Part shown: in pieces, positions 52,147 to 64,000 of the stretch
Layout: every line of letters begins with the position of its first letter
How positions within the stretch are numbered: the stretch's first letter is position 1
DNA from: Geosiphon pyriformis uo1
Taxonomy: Eukaryota; Fungi; Glomeromycota
Reading direction: 5' to 3'
Assembly (NCBI GenBank): GCA_016748015.1
Contig: JAAOMT010000607.1
Location: forward strand, 124,001 to 188,000
DNA: 64,000 nt
Translations under genes and position numbers: made by a program
The notes under the pieces: model-generated
Seen by the model: only the letters and a program-made list of their open reading frames with translations
What the model was told of the DNA's origin: nothing
Database searches by the model: none

Positions 52147-52805
52147 TGGTGTAAAGAATCAAGAAATTGAGGAATTTCAATTATGTATATATAATGGTAG
52201 CATTAGAAGTAGAAAAAACAGATCTTTTAGTTTAGATTTAATCTAAACAACCTTTCAAATCACAATCATCTAATAAATAACTATTTGTTATCTCCAATTC
52301 ACTTCCACTATTGACATTTCATGTTAATAGTTACTGATACTTAACCACACTAGAACAATAACTCTTGATCATGACTATTGATGGGATATTAACTTGCAAA
52401 TGCCTTGGCTTATTTTCTTTATCTTTTCTTTATTTTCTTTTATTTATTTTTATTTTCTTTTGTTGTTTACTAATTGGTTAAAAGGGATTAAAGCACTGAA
52501 TTATTGATGTCAAGAATAGCTTGATAAAAAACCCCAAAGGAAGGGTATAAGAATTAAAGATAGCTTATCAGAAGAGCATCTCTGCCAAGATTACTGGCCA
52601 CTATGCTGAGAAAAAAATTTGACAGAATTGCAATTCTGGAAAGCTACTGAGAAGACAACCATTGAATCTCTGTCCATTATACAAAGAACTTAACTAAAAA
52701 TCTTCAGATCTATAAAACTTCCAATAACTAAGACCAATTAAAACATCGAGTATCAAGTTATGGGTTTGTTATTTGATTTAAGACCCCAAATAATTACCTG
52801 TAACA
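52147..52805 (+). repeat. 5'-truncated middle LTR preceding internal region D
   Basis: Begins mid-U3 (tggtgtaaagaatcaagaaattgagg) fused to B integrase sequence. Ends TGTAACA plus an intact PBS. Differs from the LTR at 61244. Confidence 0.85.
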
Positions 52806-55800
52806 TTTGGTGCTCCCTGTGAGGTATAATTCTAAAGAGAACCAGCACTAACAGCAATTATACAAAAGTGGCAGAACCAGAAAACATAGGAGCAAACCAT
52901 TTAGGATTCACCAAATCTTTGTTTCAACAGTACAGCCAACAATTAAGATTAAACAATAACCATTTCCTAGCAAAATTAGCTTTCAAGTTCTATGTCAATA
53001 ATAAAATCACAGACTATTTAGGAAGAACAGTTAACATTGAATCAGCAAAAGAAAACTTTTATACAAAAATATTTCAACACACCAGCTTACCAAGAAACTA
53101 TAGTTTCACACCAATCATTAAGGAAATCAACTAAATCATTGAAAGATACACTCAACAACAGTTTCCTATTACATATGTAAACAAAGGCAAAGGAAGGTTA
53201 CAAACACCAGCAGTAATGTCTAAAGAAATACAACTACCAATTTGGAAGAAAACAAAAATAGAATTACTAACAAATCCATCATATCACTATATACTTAGAA
53301 GTGCTATTAACATTATATCAACAGGCGCGTCCACATCAATCACGACATCAACATTTGGACAATTCCCATTTCAAAGTAAACAAAGAAAAGAAGATCTTTT
53401 AAGACTATATGATGTGTATTTTGAAGGATTTAAGTCACAATTGCCAATGCCATCAGGACTTTGATTACCACTATTTCAACCAAATTTTGGAACTGCAAGT
53501 TCTTGGAAAATAACAAAATCAGAAAAAGAACAAAAAGAAGAAAAAGAAGAAGAATTTGAAGATCAAGAATTTACTTACCAGAACCCAATCACTGAAAACC
53601 TGGAATTTAAAACCCCAAACCTCCAAAATCAGCAAAATCTAAATTTCAAAAATCCAGAAACTGAAACTTCAAATATTCAGACACTGCAAAATCAGCATAA
53701 TTCAAACCCCAAATTAATTAATCAGCAAAACTTACCTTCAGTAATAATCATCAAATAGCCACTAATTGATCCAATAGCTGAACCTCTACAGCAGCCACCC
53801 TAACAACTACTCCAGTAGCTTTAACAGTCACAACAACAACAACCCAACTTGGATTCAATGACATATGCCCTAATAGTAAAACTTAAAAAATTCACCAGTG
53901 AAGAAGATAATACCCAAGTATGGTTCAATGACGTGGAAAAAGCCATTGTGGCTAATAGATGAAATGATGCCAAAGCCATGCAAGCTATTCTATATTTTCT
54001 ACAGGATACTGCCAATTCATGATATCAAAGCTTGGTTAAGAAACCCTAAGATTTTAATGCATTCAAGCTTGCATTTCTGCAATATTTCAGTAATAATAAT
54101 AGCATCAACAAATTAGCAAATACTTTTACTACCATTAAGCAAGAAGAAAATAAGGCAGTTACTATTTATTTAGGACACTTTCACAGAAATCTGCATCAAA
54201 TTTAGGCCATACAGGCTGATTATTTTACAGTGCCACAAATCCTAAATCAATTCATTAGAAGACTGTGCAGTAGCATCCTCCAATGCATATGACCAATGCA
54301 TCCAGTAGATCTTCAAGCTGCTGTTATGAATGCCAAAAATTTTGAAGCAGCTGAACTCAAAGCTAACTATGTTTAAGTTATAAATCTAATAATGAATAGA
54401 TCATCTGAATTGGATTCCAAATTAAAGCAATTCAGTGAATCAATTAATCAGAAATTAGAGGAATACTTAGCTAATACCAATTAAGCCATTTATCAACCTC
54501 CACAACAATGCAATCAGGGAAATGAAAATTGTTTTCAAAATTAGTCATATCTAGCATTATCCTTGACCAATCAACAGTGGCATCAAGAAATGCGTACATG
54601 CCACTATTGTGGTAAACAAGGACATTTGCAATTTGAATGTCGAAAAAAAATAAGTGACCAAAAATCAGTTAATCAGTATTAAAACTCCGATCGCCAATTA
54701 CAAACTCAGAATTATGTCAGTAATCAATCATCAGAACAATACCAACCTCAATTATATTATCTCACAGTAACACAGCCAATTTATCAAACCCCAACAATGC
54801 AGCAATTATACTCACTACCAATATATCAACTAATGACACCAGTAATCTATCAACTACTGCAGCCACAAATAATCTATCAGGCATCAGCAATCTCAACACT
54901 GCCACCAAACTCAGCACAGATAACATCAGAGAATCCCAGACCAAAGGTTACCCAAAACTGGAAATTGTTGATGGTTGTTCACCAACTGATCCCCAGTTCT
55001 TTCAACCAACCATCAGGATACAACTGTGGAATTTGGGAACTGGGTACACCCAAAACCCAAATTCCCAACACTATTTAAGTCTCCTGGTTACCCCAGAAGA
55101 CACTGTACTTGATACACCAAAATCTAAACAACAGCAAGCACTTACCAATAATATTCTACCAGCTATCATCACTGAGAACATATTACTGGATACTATCTTC
55201 CTGTTCGAACTTAAGGAACTGCTAACCATGCTGTTATTTAATAGAGCTGCTCTTGAAGAAAAACCTATAACTGCCATGTACACTGATGCCAAAGTTGATA
55301 ACCACTTCATCAAACTGATCTTAGATAGTAAATCAGCTGACAGTATCATCACAAGACAACTCATAGACCAATTAGGTTACTGAGTTAATTGAGCTGTCAG
55401 TGCAAGAATTATCACAGTGGACAGAGCAACAAAAACCCCAATTGGCAAAATCAATGACTTCTCCATCAAAGTCAATAGTATTAGAGTACCAATTAAAGTA
55501 CTAGTCATAGAAGTCACCTAATACCAAGCATTTGTTGGTAATGACTGGCTGTTTAAAACCAATGCCATACTCGATTGGACCACTCAGAAACTCCAGTTAA
55601 GTCAAAACAGCCAATATACGAAAGTACCTGCTTCCTGTGATCACTTTAAACCAACCAATCCACAACTATTAATTGAACTGGAAGAAGAAGAAAGCAAATC
55701 TATTTGGGAAGCCTATCAAGTATCATGAACTGAAGACAACTACAATGAACTACTGCCTATACTATCTTGGAATGACAATGGCAAAAAAAAACAGAAGAAA

Positions 55801-58800
55801 ACAGAACTTACCTGGAATGCCAACCAAGCTTGAGAAACTGACCATAATTCAGAAGAACCACCAACTTGGAAATGGGATGAGAGAAAGAAAAAAGAAAAGT
55901 GAAGGAAGAAGAGCCACTACCAACTGCCATTTACATCTCTTATACATATAAACTACCACAACTATCAAGTTATTATTAACCAAAGCTGATATGCATCAAT
56001 TGCAGCAAGAAATTGTCATCAATAAGTGTATGCTGTGGCAATAACAAGGAATACCAGATGACAACTAAGTTCTATTGCCATTCATGTCTCATTGAATGCT
56101 TTGAAAGACCCAAACGAGTTGGAAAATAGGATAATGAACTATGTTTGGTTTGTGGGGAGACTTTACTTGACGAAGAAATATGGAATAACATTCCTGGTCG
56201 AGGAGAAATGTGTGACATTTCATGCTAATACACGATCCTCATCAGCAACTGGATTAGGAAAGAGACACTAATAGAAGCCATTTGGAGAAGAACTGTACAG
56301 CAATTGGATAGTTGTCCACATGACAACAACAAGATATGGAGAATGGCAATGGCCAAAATAAAAAAAGTGTCACCAGAAAAAATTAGAGAAATCAAGAACA
56401 ATCTACCAGAGACCATAGAGCTTGACTGGGACCCAAAACCAGTCATAAATCTATTAGATCCAGAACAATTCTATGAACACTACCAAAAATTGGCACACAC
56501 TTGAGAAAAACAAGAGCAATAGTTGAAAAAAATAAACACTTAACTATGTGACTACTTTTTAATCCTATGTGATTTTCAATATTGTAATGAGTGTGATCTT
56601 ATTTACAATCTACCACCATGCATAATTTACACAATCCCAGAAGAGGAAGAACCAATTAACAACTGCACATCGAAATTGGAATCAGTTTTTAATCCCAATT
56701 CAAACTCTGACAATAATGATGACAAAAACACTGGTTCTAATTCTGCTCAATATGGCAACAAAAATAACAATGATTCAGACTTCAATTAAAACCCCAAAAC
56801 ATTTATTACACTTCCTGATTTTACCAAGGAGCAAGAACTAAAATAGTTTAGTAATAATGATGAAGATATTATGCCAGAATGTGTGCATAATACCAATGCA
56901 GGATTTGATCTGAGATATCCAGGAAAAGATGCCATCAAATTAGAACCACATTTGTGCACATGCATTGATCTCAAGGTAACACTGGAAATCCCAGTGACTA
57001 CTATGGTTCAACTAGCATTTAGGAGTAGTTTAGCAAAAAAGAAAATCAACATCAAAAGAGGAATAATTGATGCAAGATACATAGAAAATATTATTGCTAT
57101 GCTACAAAATAACTTAGAAAAAACCTATATCATAAAGCCAAATAAAAAGATAGCACAGGCAATATTCCTGCCTCTGGTAAAAATAGCTTAGTTAGTTTCA
57201 GTAGAGAACAGAGAAAAATTAGGGATTACAGCAAGAGAGATACAAGGATTTGGATCCACAGATAGAATAGATATACCAGTCAATATGGCAGAAGAAAAGG
57301 TTATTAACAAGAGAAAAATTATCTCCACCCATCAACCAATTTCTATTCTGCCATATGACCAATACATAATAGTTATAGAGAAAAAAGTGAAGAATCAGAT
57401 TCAGATTTTTGAGGCAGAAGCAACACTTTGTAAGTTAAGAGAGATTGGGTTAGTCAATCTACACATACCAGCCAAGAACTATGAACACATCAAGATTCCC
57501 ATTTATAATAACACAAGAAACATCATTGAAATACTGGAAGGAACCACTATTGGATATCTAACCACCAAAATTGAAGACCAACCACCAGAAACCATTCCAG
57601 ACTTTTTACAATTGTGTGGATATATAAATATTACATCACAAACAATATATGGACAAGAAGAATGTTATTTGCTCCAACCAAAACAATTGAAAATGATGAA
57701 CTTGGAAAACTTAGATCCACTTTAACAGATGCAATCCAAAATGTTACTCAACAATTTCAATGACATCTTTGCCAGTGAAAATGAATTTGGCAGAACTGAC
57801 AAAATCCAACATCAGATCAAGACTGAAGATACAATGCCAATCAAACAACAAGCATACAGAATACTACCAGCCAGCCATAAGATCATTTGTCAAGAAATCA
57901 ACCAGATGCTTAACAATAGGTTAATTCAACCATCAATGAGTCCATGATCATCACCAGTAGTACTAGTCCATAAGAAAAAGAGAAAAATCCACTTTTGTGT
58001 GGATTACTGAAAACTAAATGGAGTAACAAAAAAAAACAGTTACCTAACTCCAAAGATCCAAGAACTTTTCAATGCTTTTGGAGGAAAGAAATGGTTTTCA
58101 ACTTTGGACTTAGACAGTGGTTACTGACAAGTAGCTATGAAACCAGAAGATAAAGAGAAGACAGCTTTCACAACATGAGAAGGAAATTTTGAATTTGAAG
58201 TAATGCCATTCAGCTTGATGAATGTACCAGCAACATTCCAACAGCTTATAGAAATTGTTTATACTGGACTATTGTGGAAATCAGTAGTCATATATTTAAA
58301 TGACATCAATGTGTTCTCAAAGACATTCAATAATCATCTACACCATTTTCAACAAGTATTTGAGAGACTGAGAAGAGCCAGATTAAAACTAAATGCCACC
58401 AAATACTTCTTTGAAAAAACTGAACTCAAATTCTTGGGACATGTTGTAAGCAAAGAGAGTATTAAAATAGATTCAAATAAGATAGAAACTGTTAAGAACT
58501 TTCTAGTACCAATTAATTTTACAGAATTAAGAGCATTTTTGGGATTGGCTGGATACTACCGCCACTTTATCAAAAACTTTTCCAAAATAGCTCAACTACT
58601 TCACCAGCTTCAAACCAAAAATATAAAGTATAAATGGACAGAAGCTCGACAAGAAGCTTTCAACACATTAAAAAGAAAGCTTATCTAAACACCAATACTG
58701 ATCTATCCAGATTATAGCAAACCATTCATTATTATCACCAATGCATCAGGCCAAGCACTAGAAGCAGTACTATCACAAAAAGGACTGGATGGAAGAGAAC

Positions 58801-61243
58801 ATCCAGTAGCATACACCAGTCAAAGCTTAATGCCAACTAAAAAGAACTATGGAACACCAGCATTAGAACACTTAGCAATTTATTGGGCTGTCATAAAATG
58901 GAAGGAATACTTAAGCCAGAAATTTGAGGTGCACATGGATCACAAAAGATTGACTTCAATCTAGAAACAAAAATTTGGAAACAACTAACATGTGAGATAG
59001 AAAATAACACTGTCACCATATAATTTTACAGTACACTATAAAAAGAGAAAAAAAAATGGAAATGCTGACAGTTTGTTGTAGATAAGACAAATCTAAAAAA
59101 CATTTCAATTCAAAAATATAACAAAATCCAAACAATTGAAAATATAACAAAAGATGAACACACAAAAATACCAATAATTTTAGCATTATATAAATACTCA
59201 ACAGTTCAAGAAGAAATTATCTTAGAAAGAACGAAACAACATCAAATAACAATCCAGATATTTTATTACTCACCAAAATGTACTATATTGGAAGAACAAA
59301 AGAAATCCAGATCAACCAACCAGAATAATTACAGAATCAGAAAAAGAAACAATATTGTTTAATATGTACTCTGATCCAACAGCAGAACATTTTCATAAAA
59401 AAGCAACTATGAAAAAAACTAGAAAAAGATACTATTGGCCATTAATGTATCCAAACATCATCTAATATGTTCAAAATTGTGATGCTTATCAGAGAAGAGG
59501 AGGAACAAAACCAAGTAAACCATTAAGACCAATCAAAGTGGGACAACCATTTGATCGAATTGGAATTGATTTAGTCAGATTATTAACAATCATCAGCAAA
59601 GGCAACAGATATATTGCAGTAGCTATAGATTATTTTACCAAATGGCCAGAGGCAAAAGCCATTCAAAGAGCAGATGCAGAATCCATTGCCAAATTCAATT
59701 ACTAAGATTTAATTTGTCGACATGGATGTTTAAAAAAATTACTATAAGATTAAAGAATGCACTTTGTGAATAAAACATTAACAGAATTAAGTCAAAGATT
59801 TGGGATAAAAAGACAATTATCATTACCATATCATTCACAAACCAATGGACTAGTGAAAAGATTCAATAGAACATTGTGTGAAGCAATTGCCAAAATCAGT
59901 CAAAAAAACCAAAACAAATAGGATTTGGTCATATCATCAGTACTATTTGCTTATTGGACAATGAAACAAGATACCATACAAGCAACACTATTTGAATTGG
60001 TATATGGTAGAACAGCAATATTACCAGTAGAGATAGAAGTTAACACATATTCAATTAAACCAATAACAGAAGACAATTTCCAAGAAATATTGTTGAGAAG
60101 AACATATGACTTAATAGAGATACTAGAAAACAAACAGTAAAGAGCAGCTGATAACATCCAAAAGTCACAAAAAAAACAAAAAGAAAGACATAATAACCAA
60201 CTACCAGATAAACCAGTTGAATTCAAAATTGGAGACAAAGTACTTTTACATCATACCAAAGCAAAAAAACAATGGAGTAGAAAATTTGACCCCAAATAGG
60301 ATGGACTATTTCACATAAAAGAAATTCTTGGAAATAGAGCTTACAAATTAAGATGAGAAAACAAAATCTTAGCCAAAGCAGCACATAGTGATTAACTAAA
60401 ATCATATCACCATATAATGTCACCATCCACCAATAATATTCCACAACTAAAAGTACAAAGAATACTAGTTCAACCAGATAAGATTTCACAAGATCTGGAA
60501 CCAATCATAATCATTGGACTAAACACATAAAATTGAACAATAAAAAGAGTATATAAAAACATGGTAGATGTGATAGAAAACTTCAGAAAAATAGAAATCA
60601 CTAATGATATCCACTTACTAGCACAACAACTCTTCTAACTGATTCAACAACAGAATATAGAAGTTACTATCAATTAACAAACCATTCAATACTGAGATAC
60701 CAGAAAGATACCCAAATACAAAAGTCAAAAGAAAACAGAAAACACTATTGACAAAATGGGTTTGAAAATAAAATTAGCAATAGAAAAACCAACAAGTATC
60801 ACCACATATCAGAAGTTGACCAAAGAAACTTGGAAATAGTGAATACAGGAATTTCCAAGAAACTTTTGTTATTTTCACTTTGGATGACACTTGAATATTC
60901 AGAACTTATATACAGATAAAACAAAACAATTATTTGACACAACAATACTACAACAACTAGAACAATTTGTGGGAAAAAACAATTTAACTACACAAGCAAA
61001 AGCCATTTATCAGCTACATATGGGATTTCAAGACAGACCAGAAATTTTACTTAATCTGGAAATAGACTCTATTACAGTTAACCAAATGGAAAAAATAACT
61101 AATACCCAATTTGAAGAATTACAGAACAAGATAACTCAAGTAATTCTCGAAAAAGAAGTCCAAGAAATACTCAAAGACAGAGAATTAGAGTTAGAAGATT
61201 TGGGAGATCTCGACGGAGCTCAGTATTAAAAAAGAAGGAATAA
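52806..61243 (+). pseudogene. gag-pol: Internal region D: gag, PR, Cys-rich, dUTPase, RT, RNase H, integrase, ORF3
   Basis: Knuckle CHYCGKQGHLQFEC (~54600), LILDS (~55320), AGFDLRYPG (~56900), RT 58203-58688, integrase from 59154, ORF3 C-terminal part 60891-61229. Confidence 0.9.
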
Positions 61244-62111
61244 TGTTACTTATAAAATATAAGAATTATATTAACATATAAATTAGCCAATCAAAAGTAG
61301 ATGTAGTAAATAGAAAATTTTAGGATTTCTCTCAAAGAAATTGCAAGATTCCAGAATTACAGGATTCTTATATAAAAAAATTCCAGAATTTCAGAATTTC
61401 AGAATTCCTCTTAAAAAATTGCAGAATTCCTGGTGCAAAAAATTAAGAAATTAAGAAATCTCAATTATGTATATATAGTGGTAGCATTTGAAGCAAAAAA
61501 AAACAGACATCTGAGTTCTCCTTTCTAGTTAGCATTTATATATTCACACTATTAATAAAAATACTTATTAATTATATCAATCCAATTGTCTATTATCAAC
61601 ACTTTATGTTGATAATAATCTATACTTGACCACACTAGAGCAATAGCTCTTAATTACAACTATTAACAGAATACTAACTTAATTGCTTTAGCTTATTTTC
61701 TTTATTTTTTTTATTTTATTTTTTTTATTTTCTTTTTTTCTTTTTTATTGTTGTATATTAATTGATTAAAAATTAAGTGCTAAGTTACTGACATCAAAAT
61801 ATAGCACTGGTAAAAAACCCAGGAATAAGAGTAGATACTCAGATTTAAGGATAGCTTATTAGAAAATTACCAGCCATTATATTAAGAAAAAAATTGACAA
61901 AATTGTGTTCCAGGAAGTGACAGACAACAAAACACATTAACCCAAGGGTTAATACTTAAAACATTACTAAAAAAAAATTACACTTGAATCTCTGTTCATT
62001 ATACAAAAGACTCTAATCAAAACTTTTAGATATTATCAATGAGATCAATTATTAAGTACCAAGTTATAGATTTGTTATTTGATTTGAGACCTCAAATAAT
62101 TACCTATAACA
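61244..62111 (+). repeat. 3' LTR closing the B/D composite
   Basis: Follows the PPT; TGTTAC start and T(A)TAACA end; colinear with 35474-36314. Confidence 0.9.
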
Positions 62112-62232
62112 ATATTAACAAAAAAATTCCCAAATATCTATAGATTTTATCTTTTTTGGCTATCAAAATTGGTAGGTTATTGATCCTTAAAGAGACAACT
62201 TTAATACTCTAATTAATAAAAATAGCCATCAT
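62112..62232 (-). mobile_element. LINE fragment (RT C-terminal region) between two Gypsy insertions
   Basis: The - strand reads AIFIN*SIKVVSLRINNLPILIAKKDKIYRYLGIF, containing the non-LTR RT YRYLGI motif. Confidence 0.75.
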
Positions 62233-64000
62233 TGTTACTTATAGAAATTTAGGAATTCTTAATAAAAATATAAAGTAATTAATTAGAAATAGACATAGTA
62301 AAAAAAAAATTTTAGGATTTTTTTTAAGAAATTACAAGATTTTAGAAATTTCTGGATTTTTGGTTAAAGAAATTAAAAGAATTCAAAAAATCTCATATAA
62401 TATTAATTATATATATATAAAAAAAGTATTAAAAACAGAAAAAAAAGGCTGTTCAAAATTAATATTAACAATTAATTAAATTATTCAATATTTTTTCCTT
62501 CAAAAAATAGTTTTTTACAACTTAAAATAGAATCAAATTACATATCAATAAAATATTAATTATCCCCTAAATCCATATTAGTGTTATTTAATTAAAAAAT
62601 AGTAATTAATTCTACTTTATCAACATTTTATGTTAATAAAACCCAATATTTAACCATATTAAACCAATAACTCTTAATTACAGCTATTAACAAGATACTA
62701 ATTTTTTATTTTTTTTATTTTTTTATTTTTTATTTTCTGTTATTTTGTTTATTTCTTTGTTGTTTACTAATTAATTAAAAAATTAATATATAAAGTTATT
62801 AATGTAAAAAAAAAACTGGTAAAAGACTTATAAAACAAAGGATAAAAACTTGAAAATTAAGGATAACTTACCAAAAAAAACTAGCTATCAAGCTAAAAAA
62901 AAATTCACAAAATAAGTTTCCAAAAAAATACTAAAACAATCATTGAATTTTTGTTTATTATACAAAAAACTCAACCAAAATCTTCAGAATTACCAATATT
63001 ATCAAGCTATTTAGCACCAAGTTACAGATTTGTTATTTGTTTTAACACTTCAAATAATTACCTGTAATATTTGTTGTTCTCTGTAAGATATAATCCAGCA
63101 AAAAACCAGCATCAACAACAATTATCTGAAACAATAACAGAATTAGAAGAAATAGAAACAAACTACTTAAGATTTATAAAAGCTTTATTTCAACACTATT
63201 AAACTTACCTCAGATTGACAAGTAACTATTGGCCAGCAGAATTAGTCTTCAATTTTTACATCAATAAAAAAATTAAATTCTATTTAGGAGACCAAAGAAA
63301 TCTGGAAGCAGCACTCAACAATTTTTATAATAAATTACTTTAGAGCACCATACTTCCAAAAAATCATTTTTTTGCTCCATTAATCACAAAAATCAACAAG
63401 AAAATTGAGAAGCACACCCAACAAAAATTTTTTATTATCTTTGCAGACAACAAAAAAAAATTACAAACATTAACAGAAACACTAAAAAAAATACAACCAC
63501 TTACATAGAAAAAACCAAGAGTAGTTTCACTTATTCACTTGTTATACCATTATATATTAAGAAATACCATCCAAATAACATCAATTATGATCACATTAAA
63601 AACACTATTACTTAGAATATTATTTCAAAACAATCAAGAAAAAGCCAGATTATTAAAAATCTATAACAATTTCTTTAAAAAATTTAAATTGTAACCAACA
63701 ACTCTATTAGAACTTTGATTACTGCCATCCCAACCAAATTTCAAAGCCACTAGTCTTTGGAAAAAAACTGACTTAGAAAAAGAAAAAAAAAAACAATGAT
63801 TAGAAAACTTATAATCAAAATTCAATTCCAAAAAACCTGGAAATCCAAACTCTGATTGTTTTAACTCAGCAAAATTCAAACAATCCAAATCTCACTTCTA
63901 TTGTTTCCCAAAACATATTTCCAGTAATCATAATTAATTTATTAATTGCACCAATTACCACTATTCAATTACAACCATAATAACAGCAACTCATATTAAT
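62233..64000 (+). mobile_element. Ty3/Gypsy element E (5' LTR 62233-63069, decayed PBS, start of gag), truncated by the window end
   Basis: TGTTAC start and TGTAATA end, tttgttgttctctgtaag PBS relic, and gag relic colinear with A and B. More decayed than A-D. Confidence 0.85.

Larger units (their letters stand above)
35474..62111 (+). mobile_element. Composite Ty3/Gypsy structure B/D: matching terminal LTRs enclosing two internal regions, a partial middle LTR and nested element C
   Basis: LTR 35474-36314 matches LTR 61244-62111 (shared cagacat.tgagtt and gacaacaaaacacattaa blocks). TSD ATGT/ATAT. LINE sequence lies on both flanks. Confidence 0.85.

Noticed and set aside
24315-61229. Alternative genetic code or programmed readthrough to explain the many in-frame TGA/TAA/TAG codons
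   Set aside because: Most stops sit at different positions in different copies and correspond to TGG/CAA/CAG/CGA in the others, i.e. mutational decay. Only the RNase H-integrase stops are shared.

Overview
AT-rich eukaryotic DNA with short GT-AG introns, most likely from an arbuscular-mycorrhizal-type fungus (Glomeromycotina; inferred from repeat and gene style, not verified). Positions 1-846 hold the 5' half of an intron-rich aldo-keto reductase gene (- strand). Positions ~1.3-10.6 kb are a heavily decayed repeat block: ORF1-only LINE-like copies, solo LTRs and a pogo/Tigger remnant. It is followed by an internally deleted Tc1 element (11773-12610) and a broken second aldo-keto reductase fragment. 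A 4.9-kb TIR-bounded Mutator-like element (14095-18970) comes next; its single multi-exon gene appears to fuse a MULE DDE transposase and SWIM finger to a Tudor-like segment and a USP/C19-like cysteine-protease domain. This is the strongest candidate for an undescribed system. From 22.4 kb to the end, an RNase H-bearing LINE (- strand) is split by a nest of related Ty3/Gypsy elements: A 23412-34270 with an inverted solo LTR inside; a three-LTR B/D chimera 35474-62111 with C 42381-52125 inside; and E from 62233. The family has an unusual layout: long AUG-less N-terminal gag extension, gag, protease, Cys-rich unknown domain, dUTPase plus a degenerate dUTPase-like repeat, RT, RNase H, conserved stops, a separate integrase ORF, and an extra 3' ORF with its own TATA-like box. 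All retroelement copies are pseudogenised by pervasive C>T/G>A changes. Coordinates were read by eye; LTR, TIR, TSD and exon ends are close to exact, decayed-region limits are approximate.
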